A DNA stretch of 64,000 nucleotides from Pseudomonadota bacterium (GTDB lineage: Bacteria > Pseudomonadota > Gammaproteobacteria > JAKAQQ01). Where the stretch lies: assembly GCA_027320085.1 (NCBI GenBank), contig DAHVLZ010000009.1, positions 320,001-384,000 of the forward strand, in the 5' to 3' direction. Of the stretch, positions 52,754 to 64,000 are shown piece by piece. Below the pieces are notes generated by a model. The model did not search any database. It saw only the letters and a list, made by a program, of their open reading frames with translations, and had not been told where the DNA came from. The position numbers and the translations under genes are program-made. The stretch's first letter is position 1. Every line of letters begins with the position of its first letter.

Positions 52754-52888
52754 TCAGGGAATCAGGCGATGTCGTCCTTTCCTTCGACGTGACTGGAGCA
52801 CGGCACGACCCTGACGGGTAGCCATGCGGGCACGAAAACCATGAGTCCGCTTACGGTGGAGATTGCTCGGTTGAAAGGTGCGTTTCAT
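52754..52888 (-). CDS. rpmH: 50S ribosomal protein L34
   Basis: [22 protein letters not shown]...RRRKGR. Confidence 0.98.
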   Translation of the reverse strand: MKRTFQPSNLHRKRTHGFRARMATRQGRAVLQSRRRKGRHRLIP

Positions 52889-52966
52889 GCCCTTGGCCCC
52901 ATCATCCTCATTGTTCGAGCATCCAGAAACGCCCGAACACCCAAAAAATTGGAAAAGAAAGTAGGC

Positions 52967-52995
52967 ATTGTACGGATCTGCGCGCCGGAACTCAA
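52967..52995 (-). promoter_or_regulatory. putative sigma70 promoter of rpmH operon
   Basis: TTGAGT-17nt-TACAAT on the minus strand. Confidence 0.55.
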
Positions 52996-53064
52996 GCCCT
53001 ACAGGGAATGCCCCACTCAACCCAACGGAAGTCCAAGCATTCCCGGGAAATGGTTCGCCTCAAG

Positions 53065-53093
53065 TTGGCAACCTTCTTTCCTGTTGCTAGACT
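53065..53093 (+). promoter_or_regulatory. putative sigma70 promoter of dnaA
   Basis: TTGGCA-17nt-TAGACT with extended TG; weak DnaA-box-like CGATCCACA at 53112-53120 downstream. Confidence 0.5.
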
Positions 53094-53142
53094 TGACGAA
53101 TAGGTCTTCGTCGATCCACAAAACCGCTGAGCCCGATTCCGC

Positions 53143-54468
53143 ATGACTTCCGGAATATGGAACCACTGTCTGGATGCGCTCAAGAATGAGCTTTGTCATG
53201 AGGATTTCTCTCGCTGGATCTCCCCTCTGCAGTGTCACGAGTCTGGGGGTGAACTTCATCTCTTCGCTCCGAATGTCATTGTTGCAGATTGGGTCCACGA
53301 CAACTGTTTGGACCGGATCCAAGCCTTGGTCCTTGAACTGAGCGGACCCCATTCCCCGAGAGTTCAGATTCTCATTGGAAAGTCTTCTCCTGAAACACAT
53401 AACCACGGTAGCAGTAAAGCTGCGATCCGCCCTCGCGAGGAAATGATAGGAAGCCCTTGGAACCGGGATTACATCTTTGAAAACTTCGTTGAGGGGAAAT
53501 GCAACCAGATCGCTAGGGCGGCAGCTCTACAGGTCGCCGAACATCCTGGAACAGCCTACAATCCACTTTTGATCTATGGAGGGGTGGGGCTCGGGAAAAC
53601 CCACCTCATGCAGGCTGTCGGGCACCGCATGAACACACAAACAGGCCGGAATCGCGTGGCCTACGTCCACTCGGAACGTTTTGTCGCAGATATGGTTGGA
53701 GCCCTCCGCCACAACACGATGAGTGAGTTTAAGAAACGGTATCGATCCCTCGATGCCCTTTTCATTGATGACATCCAGTTTTTTGCCGGAAAGGACCGTT
53801 CACAAGAGGAATTCTTCCATACCCTAAACAACCTGATCGATGGCCATCACCAGGTCATCATCAGCTGTGACCGTTATCCCAAGGAAGTCGAGGGTCTTGA
53901 AGAACGACTCAAGTCACGTTTCAGCTGGGGACTAACCGTCGAAATCGAGCCCCCGGAACTAGAGACTAGCGTGGCTATCCTGTCCCGGAAAGCGGAGCGT
54001 TTGGGAGTTGATTTACCCCATGAAGTCGCTTTCTTTATAGCCCAGCTCATTCGCTCTAATGTCCGTGAACTCGAGGGGGCCCTCCATCGGATTATGGCCT
54101 ATGCGCAGTTTACTGGACAGAAGGTCACGGTAGCCTTGAGCAAGGAGGCACTCCGTGATCTGATCTCCCTCCAGCAGCGTCAGGTTAGCTTGGAAAACAT
54201 CCAGCGGACCGTAGCGGCCTATTTCCGGATCCGAACGTCCGACTTAGAATCGAAAAGCCGGAAGCGTTCCGTTGTCCGGCCCCGCCAGATTGCAATGAGT
54301 CTAGCCAAGGACCTGACTGATCACAGTCTCCCCGAAATCGGGCATGCCTTTGGCGGTCGGGACCACACGACCGTCCTCCACGCGTGTTCAAAAATAAGCG
54401 AACTTAAGAAAACTGATCCCCGCTTGAGCGATGATTACGAAAATCTCATTAGAACCTTGACAGGGTAA
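53143..54468 (+). CDS. dnaA: chromosomal replication initiator
   Basis: [44 protein letters not shown]. Confidence 0.99.
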   Translation: MTSGIWNHCLDALKNELCHEDFSRWISPLQCHESGGELHLFAPNVIVADWVHDNCLDRIQALVLELSGPHSPRVQILIGKSSPETHNHGSSKAAIRPREEMIGSPWNRDYIFENFVEGKCNQIARAAALQVAEHPGTAYNPLLIYGGVGLGKTHLMQAVGHRMNTQTGRNRVAYVHSERFVADMVGALRHNTMSEFKKRYRSLDALFIDDIQFFAGKDRSQEEFFHTLNNLIDGHHQVIISCDRYPKEVEGLEERLKSRFSWGLTVEIEPPELETSVAILSRKAERLGVDLPHEVAFFIAQLIRSNVRELEGALHRIMAYAQFTGQKVTVALSKEALRDLISLQQRQVSLENIQRTVAAYFRIRTSDLESKSRKRSVVRPRQIAMSLAKDLTDHSLPEIGHAFGGRDHTTVLHACSKISELKKTDPRLSDDYENLIRTLTG

Positions 54469-54661
54469 AAACAGTGCATAACTCCTGCAGGACATCTCCT
54501 CTCTGTTTAATGGGTATCTTCCTACACAGTTTATCCACAACAGATACCCATCTTCGCAGGAGCCACATTTCCCTACTCAATCAGTCCCCAAATCACTGGA
54601 CAAAATACTTGTCCACTCGTACTACTAACACCACTGAGTTAAAACTGAAGAGTAATTATTT
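54469..54661. other. probable oriC (dnaA-dnaN intergenic region)
   Basis: Perfect DnaA box TTATCCACA 54531-54539; degenerate boxes 54473-54481 and 54609-54617; trinucleotide ACT run and AT-rich tail before dnaN. Confidence 0.65.
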
Positions 54662-55774
54662 ATGAGCATCACCATCAACCGTGAAAAAATCCTTGGCCCT
54701 ATCACTGCCGTACTGGGAGTGGTCGAACGCAAACAGACCATGCCGATTCTTTCCAATATATTGATAAATATAGATAAAAATAATCTTTCTGTGACATCTT
54801 CTGACCTTGAAGTCGAACTCATTGCCACAGAAAATTTGGAAAACAACGGTGATCTACACATTACGGTTCCTGGACGGAAGTTCGCTGACATCGTTCGTTC
54901 CCTTCCCACAAATCAGGAAATTCACCTGGAGATTGATGCAGACCGGTTGAAGCTCAAAGCGGGTCGCGCTCGTTTCACCGTTCTCACCCAACCTGCGGAA
55001 GATTTCCCGCTTATTGAGAAACCCCAGTCGCCATTTTTTATTGAAGTTCACCAAGATAGTTTGCGTGAGTTGATCCGGAAAACCTATTTCGCAATGGCCC
55101 AGAACGATGTCCGCTACTATCTCAATGGTCTGAGGTTCGAGTATTCCAATCAGACCCTCCGAGCGGTTGCGACGGATGGGCATCGCTTATCTGTCGGTAC
55201 AATCACGTTAAATTCACGATCTGGGACTAATAATGGGGGAGAGAAAGCGGCAATCGTACCTAGAAAGGGAATTCTCGAACTCGAGCGCCTCATGGGAAAC
55301 GGCGAACAAGCACTACGCATGGCCTTCGCACCAAACCACCTTTGTGTGCAATGTGGAAATCTTTCCCTCACGACGAAATTGATCGAAGGCCGTTATCCGG
55401 ACTACTCGAGTGTGATTCCTAAGGAGAGCCGGCATCATGTCGTGGTTGACCGTAACCGCATGAAGGAAGCACTATCGCGTGCTGCGATCTTGGCGAATGA
55501 AAAGATCCGCGGGGTTCGTCTGGGCTTTGAACCGAAAACGCTACGTATGATCGGGCACAATGCCGAACAGGAAGAAGCCGAGGATGTGGTCGAAACAAAC
55601 TATGAGGGAGAGGCTTTTGAAGTCGGATTCAACGTCTCTTATCTTCTTGATGTTCTGAACGCAGTGACGGAATCCGAGATTGAAATCCTCATCAATGATC
55701 CGAACAGTAGTTGCCGGATTGATCCGAAAGGCAACACCAACTTTCAGTACGTGATTATGCCGATGCGACTGTAA
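54662..55774 (+). CDS. dnaN: DNA polymerase III beta clamp
   Basis: TMPILSN, DVRYYLNG, VATDGHRL, IEGRYPDY, GFNVSYLLDVL, VIMPMRL. Confidence 0.98.
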   Translation: MSITINREKILGPITAVLGVVERKQTMPILSNILINIDKNNLSVTSSDLEVELIATENLENNGDLHITVPGRKFADIVRSLPTNQEIHLEIDADRLKLKAGRARFTVLTQPAEDFPLIEKPQSPFFIEVHQDSLRELIRKTYFAMAQNDVRYYLNGLRFEYSNQTLRAVATDGHRLSVGTITLNSRSGTNNGGEKAAIVPRKGILELERLMGNGEQALRMAFAPNHLCVQCGNLSLTTKLIEGRYPDYSSVIPKESRHHVVVDRNRMKEALSRAAILANEKIRGVRLGFEPKTLRMIGHNAEQEEAEDVVETNYEGEAFEVGFNVSYLLDVLNAVTESEIEILINDPNSSCRIDPKGNTNFQYVIMPMRL

Positions 55775-56842
55775 ATGTCGATTGGTGCACTCAGACTACA
55801 GTGTTTCCGGTGTTTTGATCGAGAGGATATCGCTCTGGATGGATCGTCTATCCTCAAGGGATCCAACGGATCCGGTAAGACTTCCCTGCTTGAGGCTATA
55901 TACCTTATAGCCCGAGGCCGCTCCTTCAGGACTTCCCGGCTTTCCAATCTGATCCGGGCCGGTGACAGGGCCTTTGGAGTTGAGTTAAACATCCTCATTC
56001 ATTCGCAATCTTGGGCTGTTAAAGCTATTTTTGAAGACGGACTCAAAACGTTTATCAACGATCGCGATTCAACAGCCCGAGAAGTGGGACGCCTTTTCCC
56101 ACTGACGCTGATGGATTCAGATGTCACACAAATCGTTCTCGGGGGGCCCGAACGACGCCGTCGTTTGCTTGATTGGCTGATGTTCCACGTGGAACCTGAA
56201 ACCTGGAAGACTTGGAAGCTCTACCGGCGGGCTCTCCTTCAATGGCAGTGGGCGCTACGCTCCGGAATGAGCGCTGATGTCTGGTTTGGACGGATGATGG
56301 AGCTTGCCCCCGTGATTGAAGGATCCAGAATGCAGCTTTTGGCCGGCTGTCTTCCGTTTTGGGAGCAGGCGGCCTCTGTACTCTTTCCGGGGCAGACTTT
56401 CATATTCGACTACAACAATGGCAAGGATGCAGTTGCTCGGACTCGTATGGGTGAGAGATCTCATGAGATTTTGCCGGAGGGACCAACGTCTGTTTCCATG
56501 GGTCCTGGTCTACAGAGGGCAGATGTTGAAATCCGATCGGGACAAAAGCCTATTCGTCAGTTTTTTTCACGTGGACAGGCCAAGCTACTGGCACTGGCGC
56601 TAGTCTGGGGGGGGTGCCGATTTTTGTCGCAGAAGCTTGAAACCTGCCCAGTCCTTCTTTTGGACGATTTTTCATCCGAGCTGGATGAGGATGCTCAGCT
56701 TCGACTTTTAGGGTTGATGAAGGGGAAGGGGATACAGGTCATCATGACCTCATCAAGTCTTTCGCCAGTACCCATGGAAAAATGGCCACACGGCTTGTTC
56801 CACGTGGAACAGGGGCATGTCCGGCCGGTGTGCCCATGTTAG
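55775..56842 (+). CDS. recF: DNA replication/repair protein RecF
   Basis: GSNGSGKTSLLEAI, GRSFR, GGPERRRRLLDW, SRGQ, LLLDD. Confidence 0.93.
   Translation: MSIGALRLQCFRCFDREDIALDGSSILKGSNGSGKTSLLEAIYLIARGRSFRTSRLSNLIRAGDRAFGVELNILIHSQSWAVKAIFEDGLKTFINDRDSTAREVGRLFPLTLMDSDVTQIVLGGPERRRRLLDWLMFHVEPETWKTWKLYRRALLQWQWALRSGMSADVWFGRMMELAPVIEGSRMQLLAGCLPFWEQAASVLFPGQTFIFDYNNGKDAVARTRMGERSHEILPEGPTSVSMGPGLQRADVEIRSGQKPIRQFFSRGQAKLLALALVWGGCRFLSQKLETCPVLLLDDFSSELDEDAQLRLLGLMKGKGIQVIMTSSSLSPVPMEKWPHGLFHVEQGHVRPVCPC
56181..56196. other. parS site within recF
   Basis: TGTTCCACGTGGAACC (15/16 match to the palindrome). Confidence 0.8.
56796..56811. other. parS site within recF 3' end
   Basis: Perfect palindrome TGTTCCACGTGGAACA. 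Confidence 0.88.
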
Positions 56843-59272
<2,430 letters not shown>

Positions 59273-59337
59273 CAGGATAGATGTGCACTGCTCCGCTCAA
59301 TTAATCGAGCTAGGCAGGTCGTGTATTTGCTACACCC

Positions 59338-60099
59338 TCAGGAGCGAATCCGAGTTAGTTCACCTTCGATCCATTCGCTCACCTGCCGGTTGAGTTCCTC
59401 CGGAGAAAGTCCCCGAGCGTCGATTGGCGGTCCGATATGGACTTGGATGGTGCCCGGGCGTTTGAGCAGACTCCTTCTAGGCCAGAAGTCACCTGCGTTG
59501 TGGGCAATCGGAATTACGAATTGTCCACTCTCGTTTGCTAGAAGAGCCCCGCTTACTCCATAGCGGCGGCGTTCGCTTGGAGCGAGTCGGGTCCCTTCAG
59601 GGAAAAAGTTGAGTGTTCGGCCATGTTTCAGCTGGCGCAGGCCTTTCCGTAGGACTTGTTTCACGGCACGGCTTCCGGCACTTCGGTTGATGGCAATGGG
59701 TTTCAGGGCAGCGATCGCCCAGCCGATGATCGGGATCCAGAGTAGTTCACGCTTGAGTACCCAGGTAGGTTGCGTGGGCAGAAGGAAAGAAAGTAGAGTC
59801 TCCCACATGGATTCGTGACGCCAGAACAGGATCCCGCCGGTCTGCGGAAGATATGAGAGGCCTGTGATCTGGTAGTTCAGCCCACAAACCCAGGAAAGGG
59901 CTTTGAGTTCTACGGAGGCGCAGGCACGACCAATGGCGAATCGGAACCGCTCAAAGAGGGGAAGGCCAAGAGTCAACGCCATGGGAACAGCAAAGACGGT
60001 GATGCTGAACCCCATGAATAGGGTAAAGAGGACTGAGCGAGTAATCAGGGAGATACGCAATGAAGGCCCGTTTGCTTGACGGGAGTGGGATTCAATCAC
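59338..60099 (-). CDS. plsC: 1-acyl-sn-glycerol-3-phosphate acyltransferase (PlsC family)
   Basis: HESMWE, KRELLWIP, FPEGTR, PIAHNAG. Confidence 0.85.
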   Translation of the reverse strand: MIESHSRQANGPSLRISLITRSVLFTLFMGFSITVFAVPMALTLGLPLFERFRFAIGRACASVELKALSWVCGLNYQITGLSYLPQTGGILFWRHESMWETLLSFLLPTQPTWVLKRELLWIPIIGWAIAALKPIAINRSAGSRAVKQVLRKGLRQLKHGRTLNFFPEGTRLAPSERRRYGVSGALLANESGQFVIPIAHNAGDFWPRRSLLKRPGTIQVHIGPPIDARGLSPEELNRQVSEWIEGELTRIRS

Positions 60100-60677
60100 C
60101 CGGTGTTCTCCATAAAGGAATGGACAAAGGCAGCTAGGTCAGCATGGATTTCTGTTGGGTGGTTAAGCGGGCGAGCTTCGAGATCCCTCTTTGTCTGTTG
60201 CCCCTGTCCGGTTAGTACGAGAACAGGGTGGGCGCCGACTGCAATGGCAGCCTCGAGGTCACGCCGGGTATCGCCCACTGCCGTGATTTCTCTCAGAGGA
60301 ACCTTGAACTGCTTTGAGAATTCATGGAACAAGGCGGTGTTCGGCTTGCGACACGCACAACCTTCCCAAGGGGCGTGGGGGCAGTGGTAGATGGCTTCGA
60401 GATGACCGCCCTCTCTTTCGATCCATTTTCTCATACGCTCGTGGATTGCCACGAGAGTACGGTCGCTCATGAGTCCACGTCCGATGGCGGATTGGTTTGT
60501 GATGACGGCCACTCGATGTCCGTGCCGGGTCAGTTCAGAGATTGCATCGAGGCTGCCAGGAATCGGCTGCCAAGCATCCGGGCTCAAGATATACTCCGGA
60601 GAGTCAAAGTTAATGACTCCGTCCCGGTCAAGGACGAACCATCGGCTTGTTTTTCTGTTTGCAGGGCGACGAGTCAC
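60096..60677 (-). CDS. gmhB: D-glycero-D-manno-heptose 1,7-bisphosphate phosphatase
   Basis: LDRDGVIN, TNQS, CPH...CACRKP, VGD. Confidence 0.92.
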   Translation of the reverse strand: MTRRPANRKTSRWFVLDRDGVINFDSPEYILSPDAWQPIPGSLDAISELTRHGHRVAVITNQSAIGRGLMSDRTLVAIHERMRKWIEREGGHLEAIYHCPHAPWEGCACRKPNTALFHEFSKQFKVPLREITAVGDTRRDLEAAIAVGAHPVLVLTGQGQQTKRDLEARPLNHPTEIHADLAAFVHSFMENTG

Positions 60678-62827
60678 GGAGCGGGTGGTGGCTGGAGACG
60701 GCTGAAATCAGCTACGGTGTTCAGAAGTCGATTAGCGCGCTTGAGCAGATCGAGACGCTTCTTTCTGAGCTTCGGGTTGGGCGAGAGAACCAGCACTTCA
60801 TCAAAAAAACGGGCTAAAGGGTCCCGTAGGGTACACAGTTGAACCAGAATCTCGTGATAGTGGTGAGCGGTTGCTGCCTCAGCAACGATAGGCTCAAGCG
60901 CACTGATCCGATTGATGAGAGAGACTTCGGCCGCCTCGCCAGAGGCAGTGGGTTCCCGATCATTCACTGCCGTGTCCATTTCGTCATGATGATTGAGCAG
61001 GTGAGTGACTCGCTTAGCGATCTGGATAAGAGTGGTGAGATCGGACTGATCCTTGAGCCGGTTCAGTGCATCAAGTCGAAGCCTGGTTGCGCCAATGGTT
61101 GTGGATTGGGTCGCGAGAACTGCCTCGAAATGATCGGGCCGACCACCCCCATCGAGGTAGAGTCCACGGAAGCGTTCCATGATGAAGGCGTACAGTTCCC
61201 TGGTCTGAATCTCCGGATTTCCAAGCTCTCCGGGGTAAGTCTCAAGGGCGGAATGGAAAAGGGAGGTCAGGGCCGTATCCAGTAGGAATCGACTTGTGCC
61301 GGGTGAGCACTCAGCCCGATCTTCTGCAGGATCCATGAGACGGACAAGCCCCAGTGCGGCCCGCCGAAGGGCATAAGGATCACGTTGGCCAGTCGGCTTT
61401 TCCCCGATCAGGAAATAACCGGCCAAAAGGTCGATGCGAAGCGCAATGGACAAGAGACGGCCGAAAGCGGTCCGGGGCAGTTTGCTGTTGGCAGTCCCCG
61501 GGAGGTAAGCCTCGGACAAGGCTTGACAGAGGGCGGGTGAGTACCCGTGTGCTGACGCATAAGCCGCCCCAGCGATTCCAGCCAGTCCAGGAAACTCTCC
61601 GACAAGATGGGAGGTGAGATCAGCCAAGACGAGAGATCCAGCTTCTTGTGCCAGTTCGGTATCGATTCCAAAATCTCCAGCCCAGCGCGATAGCCATTTC
61701 ATGAGTCGTTCGCGGCGATGGCCAAGGTGACCTAATTTCTTTGCAAAAATAATTTCCTCGAGGGCAGGCAGACGCTCTATGGGAGCCCGCTTTAGATCCT
61801 CTTGGTAGAAAAAATGCGCGTCCGAGAGTCGAGGAAAAACTACCCTTTCCTCTCCACGACCAACCCGTTGGGGATCAATGCTTTCGAGGTTTACGACCGC
61901 AACAAAGCCGGGTTTCCAGTGTCCCGCGGCGTCGGAGAGCGGGAAGACGCGTTGCTGCCCAAGGAGTACCTCGGCCAGAACCGCCTCGGGGAGAGCTAGG
62001 AAGCGTTCCGGGAAAGAGCCCGTCAGCGCGCTTGGCCATTCCACCATATTGGCTACCTCTGTCAAGGTCGCCTCATCCCGTACAGGTTGCCAGTCCGGGT
62101 GCCATGCATGTGCCGCCGTTTTGATGAGCGTCCAAATCCGTTCGCGGAGACCCGGATCATCCGAACCTTGGAGGAATACGTGTCCGGATGCGACTACATC
62201 CTCGTAATCCTCGCTTCTCGTGACTGGTAACGGATCGGGATGATATACCGGATGTCCATGGGTCAGAGGCGCGGCATCGAGTCCATAGACCCGACCGGGA
62301 ACAGGAAAGTTGCCATGGAGGAAGAGAATAGATTGAATGGGCCGGACAAAGGGTGGAGCGCGAGAGGTCCAACGCATCTCGCGATCCTTTGGCAGACCTG
62401 TGAGGATCTTTTCAACCAGTGGAGCCAAAACCTCCGCGAGGCGGATATCTGGCCGCTCCTTACGAAAAACTAAATAGCCTTCCTCATGACCGAGCTCCTC
62501 CCAGCCGACCCCTTGTTTTCGAGCAAATCCCAGTGCTGCGGCTGTGGGCTGTCCCTTCACATCGAAAGCCCGCTCGAGGCTGGGACCTCGGTGTACTACC
62601 GTCTGCCCAGGACTAGTCTCCCGAACCCGGGAGATGCGCACTGCCAAACGACGGGGTGTATACCACGACTTGAGACCGGCATCTGGTTCGATGCACTCAT
62701 ATTCTCTGAGGGCGGAAAACAGTCGGAAGGCAAACTCCCGAGACAAGTGTGCGACGAGTCGCGCTGGCAACTCTAAGGTTCCCACCTCGATCAGGAGATC
62801 TTGAGGATCGGAGGGATGTTTGCTCAT
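60674..62827 (-). CDS. glyS: glycine--tRNA ligase beta subunit
   Basis: [43 protein letters not shown]. Confidence 0.95.
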   Translation of the reverse strand: MSKHPSDPQDLLIEVGTLELPARLVAHLSREFAFRLFSALREYECIEPDAGLKSWYTPRRLAVRISRVRETSPGQTVVHRGPSLERAFDVKGQPTAAALGFARKQGVGWEELGHEEGYLVFRKERPDIRLAEVLAPLVEKILTGLPKDREMRWTSRAPPFVRPIQSILFLHGNFPVPGRVYGLDAAPLTHGHPVYHPDPLPVTRSEDYEDVVASGHVFLQGSDDPGLRERIWTLIKTAAHAWHPDWQPVRDEATLTEVANMVEWPSALTGSFPERFLALPEAVLAEVLLGQQRVFPLSDAAGHWKPGFVAVVNLESIDPQRVGRGEERVVFPRLSDAHFFYQEDLKRAPIERLPALEEIIFAKKLGHLGHRRERLMKWLSRWAGDFGIDTELAQEAGSLVLADLTSHLVGEFPGLAGIAGAAYASAHGYSPALCQALSEAYLPGTANSKLPRTAFGRLLSIALRIDLLAGYFLIGEKPTGQRDPYALRRAALGLVRLMDPAEDRAECSPGTSRFLLDTALTSLFHSALETYPGELGNPEIQTRELYAFIMERFRGLYLDGGGRPDHFEAVLATQSTTIGATRLRLDALNRLKDQSDLTTLIQIAKRVTHLLNHHDEMDTAVNDREPTASGEAAEVSLINRISALEPIVAEAATAHHYHEILVQLCTLRDPLARFFDEVLVLSPNPKLRKKRLDLLKRANRLLNTVADFSRLQPPPAP

Positions 62828-63684
62828 TCGGACCGGGTTCGGTAGTCTTGGGCAACAGCCTGCGCCAGCTTGCGGATCCTCAGGACATACCGCTGGCGTT
62901 CTCCAACCGAGATGGCACGTCGCGCGTCAAGCAGGTTGAAGAGGTGAGAAGCTTCGATAACACGCTCGTACGCCGGCCGTGGCAAACCGGTCGAGAGTAG
63001 ATGTTGGACCTCTATCTCGATTTTCTGGAAACGGTGTGCCAGCTCAGACGGATCTACCTGCTCGAAGTTGTAACGAGACATCTCGATCTCGTTATCGCGG
63101 AAGAGATCGCCATAACGGAAGGTTCGGCCCTCGGCCCCAGTCCCCCAGGGAAGACCGTACATTTCGTCAGACTGAGACAGCGACATCAGGAGACGTTCGA
63201 GCCCATAAGTGATTTCCCCCATCACGGGCTCGCAGGTAAAGCCGCCAACCTGCTGGAAATAGGTAAACTGTGCCACTTCCATGCCGTTCAGCCAGACTTC
63301 CCAGCCAAGCCCCCAGGCGCCCAGAGTGGGAGACTCCCAATTGTCCTCGACAAAGCGAACCTCGTCCACATGTCGGTCTATGCCAATCGCTTCCAAGGAC
63401 GCCAGGAATTGGTCTTGGAAATGGTCAGGTACCGGCTTCTGGACCACTTGGTATTGGAAGTAATGCTGCCCCCGGTTGGGATTTTCACCGTAGCGTCCAT
63501 CTTGAGGACGGCGGCAAGGCTGGAGGAAGGCTGCTGCCCAAGGTTTAGAGTCGAGCGCTCTTAAAAAGGTGGCTGGGTGGAAAGTGGCAGCTCCCATCGG
63601 AAGGTCGAGGGGGGGAAGCCAGAGGCAGCCCTCAGCGGTCCAGAACCGGTTGAGGGTAAAAACAACGTTTTGGAAGTCAGTCAT
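62824..63684 (-). CDS. glyQ: glycine--tRNA ligase alpha subunit
   Basis: [47 protein letters not shown]. Confidence 0.97.
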   Translation of the reverse strand: MTDFQNVVFTLNRFWTAEGCLWLPPLDLPMGAATFHPATFLRALDSKPWAAAFLQPCRRPQDGRYGENPNRGQHYFQYQVVQKPVPDHFQDQFLASLEAIGIDRHVDEVRFVEDNWESPTLGAWGLGWEVWLNGMEVAQFTYFQQVGGFTCEPVMGEITYGLERLLMSLSQSDEMYGLPWGTGAEGRTFRYGDLFRDNEIEMSRYNFEQVDPSELAHRFQKIEIEVQHLLSTGLPRPAYERVIEASHLFNLLDARRAISVGERQRYVLRIRKLAQAVAQDYRTRSE

Positions 63685-63740
63685 GAACCGGTCCGAGCCC
63701 AGGCGGTGCAAAGTATACCCTGATCCAGTCTGGTCTCTCC

Positions 63741-63757
63741 TGCACCGATCCGGTGCG
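63741..63757. promoter_or_regulatory. NtrC binding site
   Basis: TGCACC-GATCC-GGTGCG matches TGCACC-N5-GGTGCA; upstream of a sigma54 promoter. Confidence 0.7.
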
Positions 63758-63819
63758 GACTTCGGAGGTTCAGGTCGTAGAACCCGAGTCCGAAGCGCTT
63801 CAGCTCATGGAGAACGCAC

Positions 63820-63835
63820 TGGCACGGAATTTGCA
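63820..63835 (+). promoter_or_regulatory. sigma54 (-24/-12) promoter of glnA
   Basis: TGGCACG-GAAT-TTGCA, consensus match. Confidence 0.88.
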
Positions 63836-63873
63836 TAGACAGAGAAAACCCCCAATGCCCGAGGAACCCTGAT

Positions 63874-64000
63874 ATGCAATCCCATGAGGTCCTAGATTGG
63901 CTGGCTCAAAAACAGGTGCGTTATGTTGACCTTCGCTTTACGGATACCCGTGGGAAGGAACAACACGTCACTCTGCCGATTACTGTTGTCAGCGAGTCGC
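63874..64000 (+). CDS. glnA: glutamine synthetase type I, 5' fragment
   Basis: [35 protein letters not shown]...; GAGG SD; runs off the window. Confidence 0.93.
   Translation, partial: MQSHEVLDWLAQKQVRYVDLRFTDTRGKEQHVTLPITVVSES

Noticed and set aside
59273-59337. Intrinsic terminator between convergent gyrB and plsC
   Set aside because: Only weak 4-5 bp stems without U-tracts.

Overview
Bacterial chromosomal origin region with gammaproteobacterial gene order and proteins, tightly packed with many overlapping start/stop codons. Left to right: a partial PRMT-fold methyltransferase, lipoprotein, skp-like chaperone, xth-DUF971-ubiEJB, MidA-type methyltransferase, folM/folB, tsaD, rpsU-yqeY-dnaG-rpoD, alkB, a kdp operon (two microproteins, kdpABC, porin), glmS-glmU, the atp operon, parAB and rsmG. 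A ~12 kb block (ppsA, Omp85-like, DUF3617-like, P450-like, prpDCB, acuI-like, MBL hydrolase, gpx) separates rsmG from mnmG. Then come a spy/cpxP-like gene, mnmE-yidC-yidD-rnpA-rpmH, dnaA-oriC-dnaN-recF-gyrB (parS sites inside recF), plsC-gmhB-glyS-glyQ and the 5' end of a sigma54/NtrC-controlled glnA. I found no rRNA, tRNA, CRISPR array or intact mobile element. Most notable: (1) a bacterial protein with the eukaryote-type PRMT motif set (double-E and THW loops), missed by the ORF track because it runs off the window; (2) a P450-like ORF lacking the heme-ligating cysteine inside an acrylate/propionate-to-PEP cluster; (3) a kdp operon with a second unannotated microprotein and a porin at the attTn7 position. 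All assignments come from motif recognition by eye; no searches were run.
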